Below, piece after piece: positions 51,689-52,257 of a stretch of 52,257 nucleotides of DNA. Position numbers and translations under genes: made by a program. Source of the stretch: a virus (lineage: Duplodnaviria; Caudoviricetes). Position 1 is the stretch's first letter; the number at the start of each line of letters is the position of its first letter. The stretch spans positions 1 to 52,257 of the IMG/VR virus record IMGVR_UViG_3300048847_000024. One strand, given 5' to 3'. The notes beneath the pieces are model-generated. The model was not told the origin of the DNA and did not search any database. It saw only the letters and a program-made list of their open reading frames with translations.

Positions 51689-52257
51689 CCGTCGAGACGC
51701 TCGGCGAGGCGTGGCGCGCCGGCTGGCGCGTTAAGGCGCGCTGCGCTTTCGGCAAGCGCGACGGGCTGAAGTCGATTCGCGAATGCCACCGCGATTACGA
51801 GCTCGACATGGAGACGCTGGTCTGGACGCGCGGCGCGGCCATGCCGATCAGCGACCTGTCGAAACGGCTCCGCTGCCCAGCCTGTCGGTCGCTGAAGGTC
51901 ACCGTGGCCTTCGTGCCTCCGCCGCTGAAGGATGAGGATCGCGCCCGCTCACCTGCGCTGCGGGATCAAGCGGACGCGCTCCCTCATGTCGTGCAGATCA
52001 TCGGACCCGCCGGCGGGGTGGTGAAGCTCGTCGCAGCGTCCATCGACCTCGCGATCGCCAGAGCGGCCTATGAGGCGGCGGTGACGGCGCTCACGCTGGA
52101 CGTCGGCTGCTTCCTCGCGCTCGGGCATTTTGGCCGGACCGTCGCTCGCCATCCGCCGGCCGAGCCGGCGCCGCAGGTCGAGCCTGGCGCCTATAACGCG
52201 GAATACGCGCGGATGCGGGAGGGGCTGCCGAAAGGGCGCAGGCGGGAATGGAAGTAA
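51685..52257 (+). CDS. Probable SOS-induced Zn-ribbon protein with a second domain
   Basis: VETLGEA...C...EC...DMETL.WTRG...L..RLRCPAC; GTGA coupling. Confidence 0.7.
   Translation: MTVETLGEAWRAGWRVKARCAFGKRDGLKSIRECHRDYELDMETLVWTRGAAMPISDLSKRLRCPACRSLKVTVAFVPPPLKDEDRARSPALRDQADALPHVVQIIGPAGGVVKLVAASIDLAIARAAYEAAVTALTLDVGCFLALGHFGRTVARHPPAEPAPQVEPGAYNAEYARMREGLPKGRRREWK

Larger units (their letters stand above)
1..52257. mobile_element. Temperate siphovirus prophage (lambdoid layout, HK97-type head, cos/HNH packaging); possibly defective because the capsid gene is frameshifted
   Basis: Contiguous int-xis-cI-cro-replication-antiterminator-terminase-portal-protease-capsid-tail-lysis modules; att sites lie outside the window. 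Confidence 0.97.

Noticed and set aside
1-52257. CRISPR array, tRNA/rRNA, reverse transcriptase (DGR or retron), IS transposase, att core repeats
   Set aside because: None seen by eye. The window is cut at stop codons on both ends, so att sites would lie outside it.

Overview
The whole window (1-52257) is a lambdoid, HK97-type siphoprophage with high GC content, probably from an alphaproteobacterium (Rhizobiales-like). The host assignment rests on GTTC-N7-GTTC LexA boxes and on the gene families present. The window runs from the integrase stop codon to a stop codon past the lysis genes, and no att sites are visible. From left to right it holds: int/xis and the leftward early operon; a 10-kb cargo block between the oL-like and oR-like operators (RES-Xre toxin-antitoxin pair, RelE plus a single-chain R-M-S enzyme, a P22 immI-like RHH/RHH/antirepressor switch, a LexA-controlled gene, lipoprotein and membrane morons); cI/cro; replication genes (HTH initiator, SF2 helicase, primase) and a NusG-type antiterminator; a 4-kb moron block including an AAC(3)-I-like acetyltransferase; HNH/cos/terminases, portal, protease and a frameshifted major capsid gene; tail genes with a G/GT -1 frameshift, a tape measure carrying an M15-like peptidase, and an SGNH-esterase spike; an APH(6)-like moron; lysis genes; a stand-alone SIR2-like protein; and a second LexA-controlled operon. 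The best candidate for an undescribed system is the R-M enzyme whose last ~45 residues resemble a RelB-type antitoxin helix. It sits directly upstream of an otherwise orphan RelE toxin, suggesting a toxin that guards the restriction enzyme. All family calls come from reading motifs by eye; no database searches were run.
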